A stretch of 64,000 nt of DNA from Patescibacteria group bacterium UBA7435 (GCA_002477545.1 DLQJ01000007.1:87188-151187); one strand, 5' to 3'. Shown: positions 19,421 through 29,520, numbered from the stretch's first letter. A program made the numbers and translations. The notes: generated by a model not told the origin, from the letters alone.

Positions 19421-22195
19421 CTACATCATACCAAATGGATCGTCGATTTTGACTTCTGGTTTTTGATAACGCTGTGCGATATCTGCCTCAACCTCAGCTC
19501 TGGGCTTCCCGTACTTCTGGTAACTCATCTCGATCATTCGTGCAACTCGTGCATGATCAGTATCCTGTGGCGCATGCGTTGCCATACTAAATGGCTTTGT
19601 TGGAGTTCCATTGGCAAGTACTCGCATATACGCAGTACGATTAGGTACATTCATTAAGTCAGCACTTTCAAACGTTGGTGCAAATTGAGATTCAAGATAC
19701 TGTGCGTCCTCAGGTCCCGTACGGAACACCGCCATGGATCCAACGTTTCCAAATACTGCGTCTTTAATATCTTCATCAAGCTGTGCAATAAACTGGTGTG
19801 CAACGGTAAGACCAAGTTTATATTTTCGGGCTTCTGAGAGAATTGCGGAAATAGAATTTGTTGAAATATTCTGGAACTCATCCATGTGTAAGTAGAAGTC
19901 AGGGAAGCTCTTGGTAGGATCATCTACGCGCGAAAGAGCAGCCATAAGAATTTTTCCCACCATAATCATACCAATGAGATTCGCATTGATTTCACCAAGC
20001 CGTCCCTTTGAAAGATTTACCAACAGAATTTTCTTTTGATCCATCACCTCACGGAAATCAAACGCTGATTTCTGCTGTCCAATAATTGGACGCATGTAAT
20101 CGTTCGCGGTGAAGACATCAAATTTTGAAACAATGTAGGGCACAATATTTTCAAGTGAGGCTTCCCCTCCTGCCTTAGTTGCAATCTCCCTCCAGAACTG
20201 GACCACCACAGGGTTCTTAGCTTTCTCAAGTTTCATGCGACGGAATTTCGCATCAACCATGACGCGTGAGATGTCCATCAACGTACTTCCACTATCAGGA
20301 TCCTCCATAACCAACAATGTTGCATTACGAAAGTACTGCTCAAACATAGGACCCATGGATTCTGGATTTCCTCCATACAACTTTTGGAATATAGAAAAGA
20401 GTTCATTCACCACAAAGGTCTTCTGCTCAGGCTTATTAATATCGTATTCAAGCATATTAAACCCAACCACACGGTCCATACGTGACGGGTCAAAATAAAT
20501 CACGTCCTTCTCACGTTCAGGTGGAATTGAGCTCAAAATATCTTCAATATCCGTTCCATGAGGATCGATCATACACACCCCAGCTCCAGAAGCGATGTCT
20601 TGCGTGATCATGTTCTTCATCAATGTCGTCTTTCCTGTTCCTGTCTGTCCAATGATATAGAAGTGACGCAGTCGATCTTCTTGCGAAATGTATACAGGCC
20701 GATCAGAACCACGGTGCGAGTTGGTCCCAAGTAGCGTTCCGTCATGAGGCATCTCACTTGGTGCAGCAGCTGTCTTTGCGCGTGATTGCTTAAATTCGGG
20801 AGATGAATCAATGCCATCTGCAGGAAAGTGAACCATCGTCGCAAGCTCAATCAAAGAAAGAGGTAACGCACGCTTTGTTAAAAATTCACGAAATGAGAAG
20901 GCTTTTATTTCACGTTGCAGAGCCGTGCCTGAAAGATGTGTAAACGTAACCTTGTTTCCCCGTGTGTGCTCAAACTGATTAAAAGTAGCTTCAACCTCAC
21001 TAAGAATTTGCGTAGCTCGTGCACCATCTTTTGCCGAAACAGCAACACGAATATTTGCTTCGACAATCGGTGCAGTTCGTTTTTCTGAAAAGAGATCAAT
21101 AACGTCTTGGTCAGATTGTGCAGTAGGAAGGTGTTCGTCATTTTCTTTTTTCTTAGCACTCCCAGACACTAAGTCCTTCACACTCACAAACATGTCCCCA
21201 CTAAACGTACTACGTGCGATAGCTTCCTTAACCTTCATTCCTTTCTCAACACGCTTGATGATTCCTTCGTACTGCCCTTTGTATTTACCAGGCGCAGTTT
21301 TGATAACCACTTGTAGTGCAGCACCTCCTCCATCTTTCTCTATTTTTGAAAATGCGTTTAGAAGTACTGCAAACGGATCAGTTTCAAAATTTTCTTTTGA
21401 ACGAATTGGGTAAATTGGATGCTTAGCAAGCTTCGCCACTGCAACTTTGGAAGTCCCGCCTTCAACAAAGACATTGTAATCGTGTTTTTGTTCGGTAAGA
21501 ACCACGTCTGGGTAGAGGGAGAGAATCTGTTTTTGGAACAAGTCTATATATTGCGTTGGTATTGCCACATAAAAAATGATGTGATCACTCCCCTCTGGCG
21601 TGGCAACTTCAAGTACATAATGCTCATTTTTAGTATGTTGCCCTATAGCCTGCATTCCTGCATAAAATTGTTCCATCATGCCAAACAGCTCAGAGAGTTG
21701 TTGCTCATGTCCCTCTTTAGTGCGTATTTCAGGAAGTGCAACTTCAAAGAGTGTCATATGCAAAATATGCCATGGCGCAATGCCTTCTTTTAAATCCTGC
21801 ATTTGTGCACCTTCCTTAATAAGTTCAACTAAACGTCGATGTACCTCATCGGTTTCAAATGGGTTGTTACTCTTCTCCAGGACAGACAGTGCGTTGTGAA
21901 TTCCCTTTTCAAGTGCCAGTTGCAGCACTTCTTCAACAACATTGGTAGACGTAGTAATGTGCTCTGCGTGAGAAGTCACATCTTCGGGCTCCATTTGATG
22001 CTCAGAAGATAAAACCGTATTTGGGGTAAATGTGCCATATTCAAAAAGCTCCTGCTTTCCCACCGTTTCGAGTTCAAGTGTATCGGCCTCTGGAGCACGG
22101 TCTAAAAGCGTTCGCTCTTTCTCAGCGATCTGTTGACGTAAGTATGAAATTTCCTCCTCGGGAGAAGAAAATTGCTTGGGAACACCCTCGAGCAT
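19421..22195 (-). CDS. VirD4/TraD/HerA-like P-loop ATPase (type IV coupling-protein family)
   Basis: RHFYIIGQTGTGKT (Walker A), IDPHG, LHMDEFQN (Walker B), EARKY, AHQFIAQL, VFGNVGS. Confidence 0.9.
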   Translation of the reverse strand: MLEGVPKQFSSPEEEISYLRQQIAEKERTLLDRAPEADTLELETVGKQELFEYGTFTPNTVLSSEHQMEPEDVTSHAEHITTSTNVVEEVLQLALEKGIHNALSVLEKSNNPFETDEVHRRLVELIKEGAQMQDLKEGIAPWHILHMTLFEVALPEIRTKEGHEQQLSELFGMMEQFYAGMQAIGQHTKNEHYVLEVATPEGSDHIIFYVAIPTQYIDLFQKQILSLYPDVVLTEQKHDYNVFVEGGTSKVAVAKLAKHPIYPIRSKENFETDPFAVLLNAFSKIEKDGGGAALQVVIKTAPGKYKGQYEGIIKRVEKGMKVKEAIARSTFSGDMFVSVKDLVSGSAKKKENDEHLPTAQSDQDVIDLFSEKRTAPIVEANIRVAVSAKDGARATQILSEVEATFNQFEHTRGNKVTFTHLSGTALQREIKAFSFREFLTKRALPLSLIELATMVHFPADGIDSSPEFKQSRAKTAAAPSEMPHDGTLLGTNSHRGSDRPVYISQEDRLRHFYIIGQTGTGKTTLMKNMITQDIASGAGVCMIDPHGTDIEDILSSIPPEREKDVIYFDPSRMDRVVGFNMLEYDINKPEQKTFVVNELFSIFQKLYGGNPESMGPMFEQYFRNATLLVMEDPDSGSTLMDISRVMVDAKFRRMKLEKAKNPVVVQFWREIATKAGGEASLENIVPYIVSKFDVFTANDYMRPIIGQQKSAFDFREVMDQKKILLVNLSKGRLGEINANLIGMIMVGKILMAALSRVDDPTKSFPDFYLHMDEFQNISTNSISAILSEARKYKLGLTVAHQFIAQLDEDIKDAVFGNVGSMAVFRTGPEDAQYLESQFAPTFESADLMNVPNRTAYMRVLANGTPTKPFSMATHAPQDTDHARVARMIEMSYQKYGKPRAEVEADIAQRYQKPEVKIDDPFGMM

Positions 22196-22361
22196 ATCTC
22201 CCTCTATTATAGGTGCTTAGTACGTAAATGACGTAGAGTGTAAGTGGAAAAGAAATAACGATGCAGGATTGCGCCGTTATAATTCACAAAGATGAAGGCA
22301 TACATCATTGCGGGCGTGAGTTCAACAATCTAGCCATCATCTCACCATCAAACTCTCAATT

Positions 22362-23375
22362 TTACCGCTTCGTTAGGATTGTGCGCTTGTAGGTGTCTAG
22401 ATGTTCCAGAGCCACCCCAGTCCCCTTCGCGACACAAAACAGTGCCTGATCTGCAAGAAGTGCTTTCACTCCGGTACGGCGTCGGATCAATTCTGGAAAA
22501 TTCCGTAACTGTGACGTTCCTCCAGTCATAATAATTCCGTTGTCAATAATGTCTGCAGCAAGCTCAGGTGGTGTTTCTTGAAAAACATCCTTAATTGCCT
22601 TAACCATTTCTCGTAGTTCTCGCGAGATCGCACGCACAATTTCATTAGTTTTGATTTCTGTAGTTCGCGGTAGACCCGAAAGTAAGTCCCGTCCCTTAAT
22701 ATCCATAGTGATCTCTTCCTCAAGTGGCAACGCTGAACCCACCTTAATCTTTATGTCTTCCGCAGTTTTTTCTCCAATAGCAAGATTTCGCGTTTTCTTT
22801 ACATAATCAATGATCGCTGCGTCAATTCGGTTTCCTGCGCACTTTACTGAGTTCGCAGCCACAATACCGCCAAGTGAAATCACCGCAACATCGATTGTCC
22901 CTCCACCTATATCTACAATCATATGTCCCTGCGCTTCATATATAGGCACTCCCGCACCAATAGCAGCGAGAATTGGCTCCTTCACCACGTATGCATTTTT
23001 TGCACCAGCTTTTGCTGCTGCTTCTACTACCGCACGCTTTTCTGTAGAAGAAACTCCAGCTGGTACGGACACCATCACTTCAGGTCGAAAAATATTGTAT
23101 TTACTAAGTGTCTTCTTAAGAAAGTACCGGAGCATTGCTTCAGTCACTCGGTAGTCAGCAATCACTCCATCCTTCATAGGTCGGTACGCACGGATACTTT
23201 CCGGAGTTCGTCCAATCATACGCTTTGCTTCAGCACCTACAGCAAGCACCTGATTATCGTCAGAGACCGCCACCACTGACGGTTCGTTAAGTACCACTCC
23301 CTCACCAGGAACAAACACCAGTACATTAGTTGTACCTAAATCAATCCCAAGTTTTGGAGTAAATGATGAAAACAT
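22362..23375 (-). CDS. mreB: MreB/Mbl actin-like protein (copy 2)
   Basis: LGIDLGTTN, PMKDGVIADY, DIGGGT, TGGTS. Confidence 0.93.
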   Translation of the reverse strand: MFSSFTPKLGIDLGTTNVLVFVPGEGVVLNEPSVVAVSDDNQVLAVGAEAKRMIGRTPESIRAYRPMKDGVIADYRVTEAMLRYFLKKTLSKYNIFRPEVMVSVPAGVSSTEKRAVVEAAAKAGAKNAYVVKEPILAAIGAGVPIYEAQGHMIVDIGGGTIDVAVISLGGIVAANSVKCAGNRIDAAIIDYVKKTRNLAIGEKTAEDIKIKVGSALPLEEEITMDIKGRDLLSGLPRTTEIKTNEIVRAISRELREMVKAIKDVFQETPPELAADIIDNGIIMTGGTSQLRNFPELIRRRTGVKALLADQALFCVAKGTGVALEHLDTYKRTILTKR

Positions 23376-23444
23376 TGAGCCTCAATAGTAGCCTGTTTTA
23401 GGAAAAAGAAAAGGGCGGATTAAGTATCCGCCCTTATCGTCAAA

Positions 23445-23666
23445 CTACGCAGCTTTATGTTTTCTTAAGACCTCGTCGAAGGTCCCCTTACAAACCAAAA
23501 AATTTACTGCGTCGGTTGTTTTAGAAGCAGTAAGATCAGCTGCAACTACAACACAAGCTTCTTCAGAAAATTTCCCGTTCGTATCAACAGGAAATAAATT
23601 TTTTCCGTTATTTTCATCACGCACTACACACCATATTTCCTGTGCTACATCACTACCATCATCCAT
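23445..23666 (-). CDS. Hypothetical protein (73 aa)
   Basis: ORF with GGAGGT SD upstream and terminator-like hairpin downstream. Confidence 0.55.
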   Translation of the reverse strand: MDDGSDVAQEIWCVVRDENNGKNLFPVDTNGKFSEEACVVVAADLTASKTTDAVNFLVCKGTFDEVLRKHKAA

Positions 23667-23735
23667 TTTTCTACCTCCGAATCTGTAATGAAAAGACTAT
23701 ACCACAATATTTTTGATAGAGCAATTAATACTGTA

Positions 23736-23755
23736 TATAGCGTTTGTGCTATAGT
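23736..23755 (+). promoter_or_regulatory. Extended -10 (TGcTATAGT) overlapped by TATAGC-N6-GCTATA inverted repeat
   Basis: Sequence tatagcgtttgtgctatagt, 8 nt before the murA ATG. Confidence 0.5.
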
Positions 23756-23763
23756 GCAGATAT

Positions 23764-25263
23764 ATGGATAATATTGGAAATCGAATCGCTTCCCTGCGCG
23801 AACAGGCACGCTTTACACAATCTGTCTTAGCAGAAAAAATCGGCACCACACAAAGTGCGGTGGCACGAATGGAAACAGGAAATCAAAATATCTCAACTGA
23901 AATGGTACGAAAAATAAGCAAAGCGTTAAATAAAAATCTCTTGACCGGAACACCTGGATCAGTAAATCTTCAAATTGAAGGTGGGGAGACGCTCTCGGGA
24001 ACTATCCAAACCAATACTTCGAAAAACGGTGCGGTTGGTCTTTTGTGTGCGTCATTACTAAATACAGGAACTACTACCCTACGTCGTATGCCTCGTATTG
24101 AAGAAGTATATCGCTTGATCGAAGTGCTTGAGAGTATCGATGTAAAAATCGAATGGGAGGGTGATCTAATGAAAATTACCCCACCGAAGAAATTCGATCT
24201 TTCGAAGATCAACGTAGAAGCAGCCCGCCGCACACGAAGTATCGTAATGTTTATTGGTCCACTAATGCATCACCTTAAAAAGTTCTCACTTCCACAATCG
24301 GGAGGTTGTAAACTTGGCAGTCGAACAGTGAGACCTCACTTCTACGCACTTGAACACTTTGGTGTGAATATCGAAACAACTGAGGACGCATTTGAAGTAA
24401 CTGCATCACCCGTATGTCCAAGTGAAATTATTCTCTACGAATCAGGTGATACGGTAACTGAAAATGCACTTTTTGCTGCAGCACTCTCCCCGTGCACAAC
24501 GACGATTAAATACTGTTCGGCGAACTATATGGTACAAGAAATGTGTGCCTTCCTTATTGCATGCGGGGTAAAAATTGAAGGAGTTGGAACCACAACACTT
24601 ACCATAACAGGTATACCTGAACTGGCACTGGATATTGAATACACACTGGCAGAAGATCCAACCGACTCGATGTTCTTCATTGCAACTGCGATTGTTACCA
24701 ACTCAGAACTCACTATCACACGTTGCCCTATTGATTTCCTTGAACTTGAGCTTCTGAAGCTTGGGAAGATGGGATTCAAATACACGCAATCAGAACCGTA
24801 TCTCAGTGATAATGGACTAACGCGTTTAGTAGACCTTGTAACCAAACCCTCTAAACTCACCTCACTGCACGAAAAAGTGTACGCTCGACCTTACCCAGGT
24901 CTGAATATCGATAACCTTCCCTTCTTTGCAGTTATTGCAACCCAAGCGGATGGGCAAACGCTCATCCATGATTGGGTATATGAAAAACGAGCAATTTACT
25001 TCACTGAACTTGATAAGCTCGGAGCTGAAACCATGCTTGCTGATCCACATCGCATCTACATCACCGGACCAACAAAACTACGAGCAAACGAGCTCGTATG
25101 CCCTCCTGCACTACGTCCTGCAACCATTCTGCTTATCGGAATGCTTGGCGCAACCGGAACATCAGTACTGCGTAATATCTATAGTATCAATCGAGGATAT
25201 GAAAATCTTGTAGAGCGCTTGCAGTCACTTGGTGCGAAGGTGTCGTATCTTGAGGAATTTTAA
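23764..25263 (+). CDS. murA: UDP-N-acetylglucosamine 1-carboxyvinyltransferase with N-terminal XRE HTH
   Basis: aa 1-60 XRE HTH (TQSVLAEKIGTTQSAVARMETG); SKNG, GGCKLGSR (catalytic Cys), YEKR, INRGYE. Confidence 0.93.
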   Translation: MDNIGNRIASLREQARFTQSVLAEKIGTTQSAVARMETGNQNISTEMVRKISKALNKNLLTGTPGSVNLQIEGGETLSGTIQTNTSKNGAVGLLCASLLNTGTTTLRRMPRIEEVYRLIEVLESIDVKIEWEGDLMKITPPKKFDLSKINVEAARRTRSIVMFIGPLMHHLKKFSLPQSGGCKLGSRTVRPHFYALEHFGVNIETTEDAFEVTASPVCPSEIILYESGDTVTENALFAAALSPCTTTIKYCSANYMVQEMCAFLIACGVKIEGVGTTTLTITGIPELALDIEYTLAEDPTDSMFFIATAIVTNSELTITRCPIDFLELELLKLGKMGFKYTQSEPYLSDNGLTRLVDLVTKPSKLTSLHEKVYARPYPGLNIDNLPFFAVIATQADGQTLIHDWVYEKRAIYFTELDKLGAETMLADPHRIYITGPTKLRANELVCPPALRPATILLIGMLGATGTSVLRNIYSINRGYENLVERLQSLGAKVSYLEEF

Positions 25264-25283
25264 GAAATTGATGGCAACACAAC

Positions 25284-25324
25284 AACAAAAGACCCGAAAG
25301 TCGAAGACTTTCGGGTCTTTTGTT
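25284..25324. terminator. Hairpin terminator after murA, overlapping priA -10
   Basis: 19-bp stem aacaaaagacccgaaagtc/gactttcgggtcttttgtt. Confidence 0.8.
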
Positions 25325-25338
25325 ATACTACCTATATT

Positions 25339-27225
25339 ATGTTTATTATCGAAGTGATTCCCCTATCTCGTGCTGGCATGATCGAATCACTTTCGTACTA
25401 CTGCGCTACAGCCTATCCTATAGGATCGTTCATCAGTGTCCCTGTGCGCAAAAAAGAAATCCAAGGTGTAGTTATTGGCACCAAACCTGTGTCTGCAGCA
25501 AAAACTGCCATCCGTGCAGCGACTTTTTCACTAAAAAAAATAGCTACTGTAGAAAACCCACCAGCGCTCCCAAAGAGCCTTATGGAAACCGCGCAAGAAC
25601 TCGCAAAAAATACCCCTGCACATATAGGAAGCATTCTCTTTGCATTACTGCCCCCTGATGTACGTTCTGGTGTACGCGAATACCCATACAGCACTAACTA
25701 CAGCAACAACGAAAGTTACACTCCATCGATTCTCACCGGAGTATCTAATGATCGTTTCATCTCGTATCGTAGCCATATACGTCAATGTTTTGCACATCGT
25801 GGATCAGTACTATTTGTTGTACCAACCTCAGCCTCCGTACACAGCGCAAAGGCAGCACTTGAAAACGGCATCGAAAAACGGGTGGTTACCTTCTCGAGCA
25901 CTCACACAAAGAAACAGATTGAAAAATCCTATGAAGCGTTCTCTGATTTAAGTACCGCAAAACTTATTATCACCACACCAAATTTTGCATTCTTAGACCG
26001 TCATGACATCACCAGTATTATTGTTGAAGAATGTGGATCTAATCATTACAAAACACGAACGCGCCCTTATCTAGATGCACGCGAGATCCTTAAGACGTAT
26101 GCCAAGGTAACAAAGCGGACTATCTTAATGGGAGATATACTACCTCGCACTGAAGAAGAAGCACTACGCCGCGATGACGTATACGAAACTCATGATGAAC
26201 ACCCCAAGCGATTAAGTATTGAAAGTTCCTTTACTGTTAGTGAACACGAAAAAACGGAAAGGGTAAAAGAATTTGCAATCTTTACACCTGAGCTTATTGA
26301 TTCTGTTAATCGAACTATCAAGGCCAAAGGAAGTGTATTCCTTTTTGCCGCTCGAAAAGGCCTTGCTCCATTGATAACCTGCTATGACTGTAGTCACATT
26401 TTCCGGTGCCCTGATTCAGGAGCTCCATACTCACTACTGCAGACCTATGAAAAAGGCGAAGAAAAACGTTGGTTCTTCTCATCTACCTCAGGAAAGAAAG
26501 TACGTGCTGACGATACTTGCCCGAAGTGTGGCTCGTGGCGCTTGCGTGAGCAAGGTATCGGCATTCAACAAGTAGTCATGCAAGCTCGAAAGTACTTTAA
26601 GGATGTGCCGTTGACCATCTTCGACCACACTTCAGCAACTACACATGTAAAAGCTAAGAGACTCACGAAACAATTTTATGAAGAGAAAGGTGCAATCATG
26701 ATTGGTACCACTATGGCGTTACCGTATCTCACCAAACCCGTAACTATCACCGCAGTTACATCATACGAAGCAGCACGCGCAATACCTACTTGGCGTGCAG
26801 AAGAAACATTGCTCAGTCTTCTGTTGACCTTGCGAGAAAAAACAACTAACGAATGTTTTGTACAAACGCGAACTGATCCTGATCAGCTTCTAAAATATGC
26901 AGGACGTGGATTAATTGACGAGTTCTATACCGAAGAGATCATGATGCGTCAGGTTCTTTCCTACCCTCCCTATGCCGTTTTCATTCTCCTTACGTGGGTA
27001 GGTACCCCAGAACAAATTCGTGAAGCAGAGGGATATATACAAACACAAATTCTCGGACATGAGATGCAGTGTTACAACGCACCTACTGTAACTACCAAGG
27101 GAATCACACGCTACGGGTTGATCCGTATTGCAAAAGAAGACTATCCTGACGCAAAACTTATCGATCAGTTGCGTCAACTTCCTCCTTCGGTAAAAATTGA
27201 GATTAATCCTGATAAAATTATTTAA
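25339..27225 (+). CDS. priA: Primosomal protein N' (PriA), degenerate helicase
   Basis: N-terminal 3'-binding domain, RKGLAP-CxxC...CPKCGS, GIGIQQV, QTR, YPPY, C-terminal INP. Confidence 0.85.
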   Translation: MFIIEVIPLSRAGMIESLSYYCATAYPIGSFISVPVRKKEIQGVVIGTKPVSAAKTAIRAATFSLKKIATVENPPALPKSLMETAQELAKNTPAHIGSILFALLPPDVRSGVREYPYSTNYSNNESYTPSILTGVSNDRFISYRSHIRQCFAHRGSVLFVVPTSASVHSAKAALENGIEKRVVTFSSTHTKKQIEKSYEAFSDLSTAKLIITTPNFAFLDRHDITSIIVEECGSNHYKTRTRPYLDAREILKTYAKVTKRTILMGDILPRTEEEALRRDDVYETHDEHPKRLSIESSFTVSEHEKTERVKEFAIFTPELIDSVNRTIKAKGSVFLFAARKGLAPLITCYDCSHIFRCPDSGAPYSLLQTYEKGEEKRWFFSSTSGKKVRADDTCPKCGSWRLREQGIGIQQVVMQARKYFKDVPLTIFDHTSATTHVKAKRLTKQFYEEKGAIMIGTTMALPYLTKPVTITAVTSYEAARAIPTWRAEETLLSLLLTLREKTTNECFVQTRTDPDQLLKYAGRGLIDEFYTEEIMMRQVLSYPPYAVFILLTWVGTPEQIREAEGYIQTQILGHEMQCYNAPTVTTKGITRYGLIRIAKEDYPDAKLIDQLRQLPPSVKIEINPDKII

Positions 27226-27287
27226 TTATTGACATACCAACTAATTAGTGTTTAATTATGCTAGTAGAAGAAAGTTAGGAGAATGCA

Positions 27288-27653
27288 GTGCAGTTTGAAA
27301 AATTTCGTCTCGAAATAATCGTTCCTTATCACGGTGAAATGAAAGGCATCAAAAAAGCTATCTTCGTCGGCTTGGTGGACTTATATGTTACCCAAATACC
27401 GCGTATCGGAGAATTAATTAACACTGAAAATCTTACTTTCCCTGGATTTTCTGGTGATTTGATTGTGACAACAATTGAACACACCCCACTTTTGGCTGAA
27501 TCTAAATTAAGTATTGATAGGCCTCATATCTGGGTTACAGCACAACTCGAGAATGAAGAAAGGGCAGACACGAAGGAGATTTACGACTACTTAGAAAAAA
27601 ACGATAAATCTACCGAGAAAGATCGTCATTGGGAGTATTCAGGTGACCAATAG
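27288..27653 (+). CDS. Hypothetical protein (121 aa)
   Basis: GTG start with AGGAG SD, upstream TTGACA, downstream terminator. Confidence 0.65.
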   Translation: MQFEKFRLEIIVPYHGEMKGIKKAIFVGLVDLYVTQIPRIGELINTENLTFPGFSGDLIVTTIEHTPLLAESKLSIDRPHIWVTAQLENEERADTKEIYDYLEKNDKSTEKDRHWEYSGDQ

Positions 27654-27725
27654 GTTGTGTCAGTCAGAAAAGGCTGTTCACAGCCTTTTCTTTTTTATAT
27701 TAAAACGTTATAGTACCAATCATAT

Positions 27726-28256
27726 ATGGCTACACTCGTCCCAGAAAATCACCCAGTACTACATGCTATTGCGGAAGAAGTAACGCAGAAGGAAATTGAG
27801 AATGGTTTTGTAGACAAGTTGATTAAAGACATGAAAAAGGCACTCAAAAGTTACAGTGTCGATGGTTTTACTGCGGTTGCAATTGCTGCGCCCCAAATTG
27901 GCGTATCAAAGCGCGTATTTATTATCGAAGATCAGAGCAATGATCGCGATGCACTTCCCTCTTTTGCTGCAATAAATCCTCAGATTATAAAGACCTCAAA
28001 GAAAACACACATCGTTGGGGAAGGATGTCTGTCACTGCCTGAAATGTACGGAGAGGTAAAACGGCACAAGAATGTCACCATGCGGGCACTGGATGAAAAC
28101 GGAAACGTCTTTGAACGTGGTGCTGGTGGACTACTCGCTCAAATCATCCAACACGAAAACAATCACCTGGACGGAATTCTCTTTATCGACATTGCCGAAA
28201 AGGTGTATTCAAAAGAAGAGATGAAAAAACGTGGGTTAAGTGAAGCTAAAGGATAA
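27726..28256 (+). CDS. def: Peptide deformylase
   Basis: IAAPQIG, EGCLS, QHENNHLDG. Confidence 0.96.
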   Translation: MATLVPENHPVLHAIAEEVTQKEIENGFVDKLIKDMKKALKSYSVDGFTAVAIAAPQIGVSKRVFIIEDQSNDRDALPSFAAINPQIIKTSKKTHIVGEGCLSLPEMYGEVKRHKNVTMRALDENGNVFERGAGGLLAQIIQHENNHLDGILFIDIAEKVYSKEEMKKRGLSEAKG

Positions 28257-29143
28257 TGTCAGAACAATCACCAAACTTTGTATACTTCGGAGGTGAACCT
28301 ATTGGTGTACCTGTATTAAACGAACTTGAAGCATGTGGCTTGGTTCCCTCACTGATTGTTTGTAATCCTGACCGACCTGTTGGACGTAAACAAGTCTTCA
28401 CTGCCCCGCCGGTTAAACAATGGGCTCTGGAACGAAATATCGAAGTACTGCAACCTGAGACACTCAAAGAAAAAGAGGCCTTAAGTGCAGTCACAGAAAG
28501 ACAATTCGATTTGTTTGTTGTGGTCGCATACAATAAAATAATGCCCAAGTGGCTGATCGATAGCCCTACTCGTGGAACGCTTAACGTACACCCTTCTCTA
28601 TTACCACTACTTCGTGGCGCAAGTCCAATCCGCTCTACGATCCTTGGCGACATGCGGCAACAGTGTGGCGTGAGTATCATGCAAATGGATGAAAAAATGG
28701 ACCACGGGCCGATTGTGGCCCAACAGATCATGGATATAGAAGAAGCACAGTGGCCAATACACGGCAATGAACTTGATATTGCACTGGCAAATATCGGTGG
28801 AGCACTCCTTGCAAGCATTATCCCTCAGTGGATGGCGGGTGATATCGATCCGCAGGAACAGGATCACGATCAAGCAACGTTTTGTGGAAAACTCGATCGC
28901 TCCTCCGGCGAACTTGAATTAGATCCATGCAATCTCCCTACTGGCAAGGAAGCATACCAAACACTGTTGAAAATACGTGCATTTGAAGGATACCCAGGGA
29001 CATTTTTTATATATGAAAACAAGCGCGTTAAGGTAATTGATGCAGTACTCAGTGAGAGTGGCACACTGGAAATAAACCAGGTAGTTCCTGAGGGTAAAAA
29101 ACAAATAGCGTTCCAATTATATTTGGACGGGCTAGCTAGATAA
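28256..29143 (+). CDS. fmt: Methionyl-tRNA formyltransferase
   Basis: PDRPVGRKQ, NVHPSLLPLLRGASPI, MDEKMDHGPI; coupled to def. Confidence 0.96.
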   Translation: MSEQSPNFVYFGGEPIGVPVLNELEACGLVPSLIVCNPDRPVGRKQVFTAPPVKQWALERNIEVLQPETLKEKEALSAVTERQFDLFVVVAYNKIMPKWLIDSPTRGTLNVHPSLLPLLRGASPIRSTILGDMRQQCGVSIMQMDEKMDHGPIVAQQIMDIEEAQWPIHGNELDIALANIGGALLASIIPQWMAGDIDPQEQDHDQATFCGKLDRSSGELELDPCNLPTGKEAYQTLLKIRAFEGYPGTFFIYENKRVKVIDAVLSESGTLEINQVVPEGKKQIAFQLYLDGLAR

Positions 29144-29145
29144 AC

Positions 29146-29520
29146 CTATTGTACAAATAATTCACTGAAATACCCCCTATGGACTTCTTGTTGCATATAT
29201 TTTACTTTATCAACGTCAGAAAAGTATTCCTTGCTCATTGTCCGTCGTAACTCACTGCGGACTTGAGAAATTGCACGTGAAAAACGATGTGAATTTGAAA
29301 CAGCATAGTACGTTTGTGTATCAGTCTCCAGACGCACTAAGACACAATATACGACACCACTCCATGTACGAGTGATTTTACGAATAACAACATCACACAC
29401 AGCCCCCCTGCCTCCATTAACCAGACGTGTTAACGGGGTTAGCTTTTTAATAATTTGAAGATTTTGATCATCAGTAAGCTCTACGTTTATTACTTTTATG
29501 TGCACCTTTTGAGATAGCAT
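29146..29520 (-). CDS. Divergent HPF/RaiA-fold protein
   Basis: Same beta-alpha-beta-beta-beta-alpha pattern as neighbour (NVELT..., YYA.S....F..AI..VR.EL.R). Confidence 0.6.
   Translation of the reverse strand: MLSQKVHIKVINVELTDDQNLQIIKKLTPLTRLVNGGRGAVCDVVIRKITRTWSGVVYCVLVRLETDTQTYYAVSNSHRFSRAISQVRSELRRTMSKEYFSDVDKVKYMQQEVHRGYFSELFVQ

Noticed and set aside
19421-22195. Conjugative element or prophage
   Set aside because: No relaxase, VirB4/mating-pair genes, integrase, att sites or phage genes; flanks are housekeeping genes.
23376-23763. Possible replication origin at the switch in gene orientation
   Set aside because: No cluster of DnaA boxes or unwinding element seen, no dnaA/dnaN nearby, and orientation is mixed afterwards.
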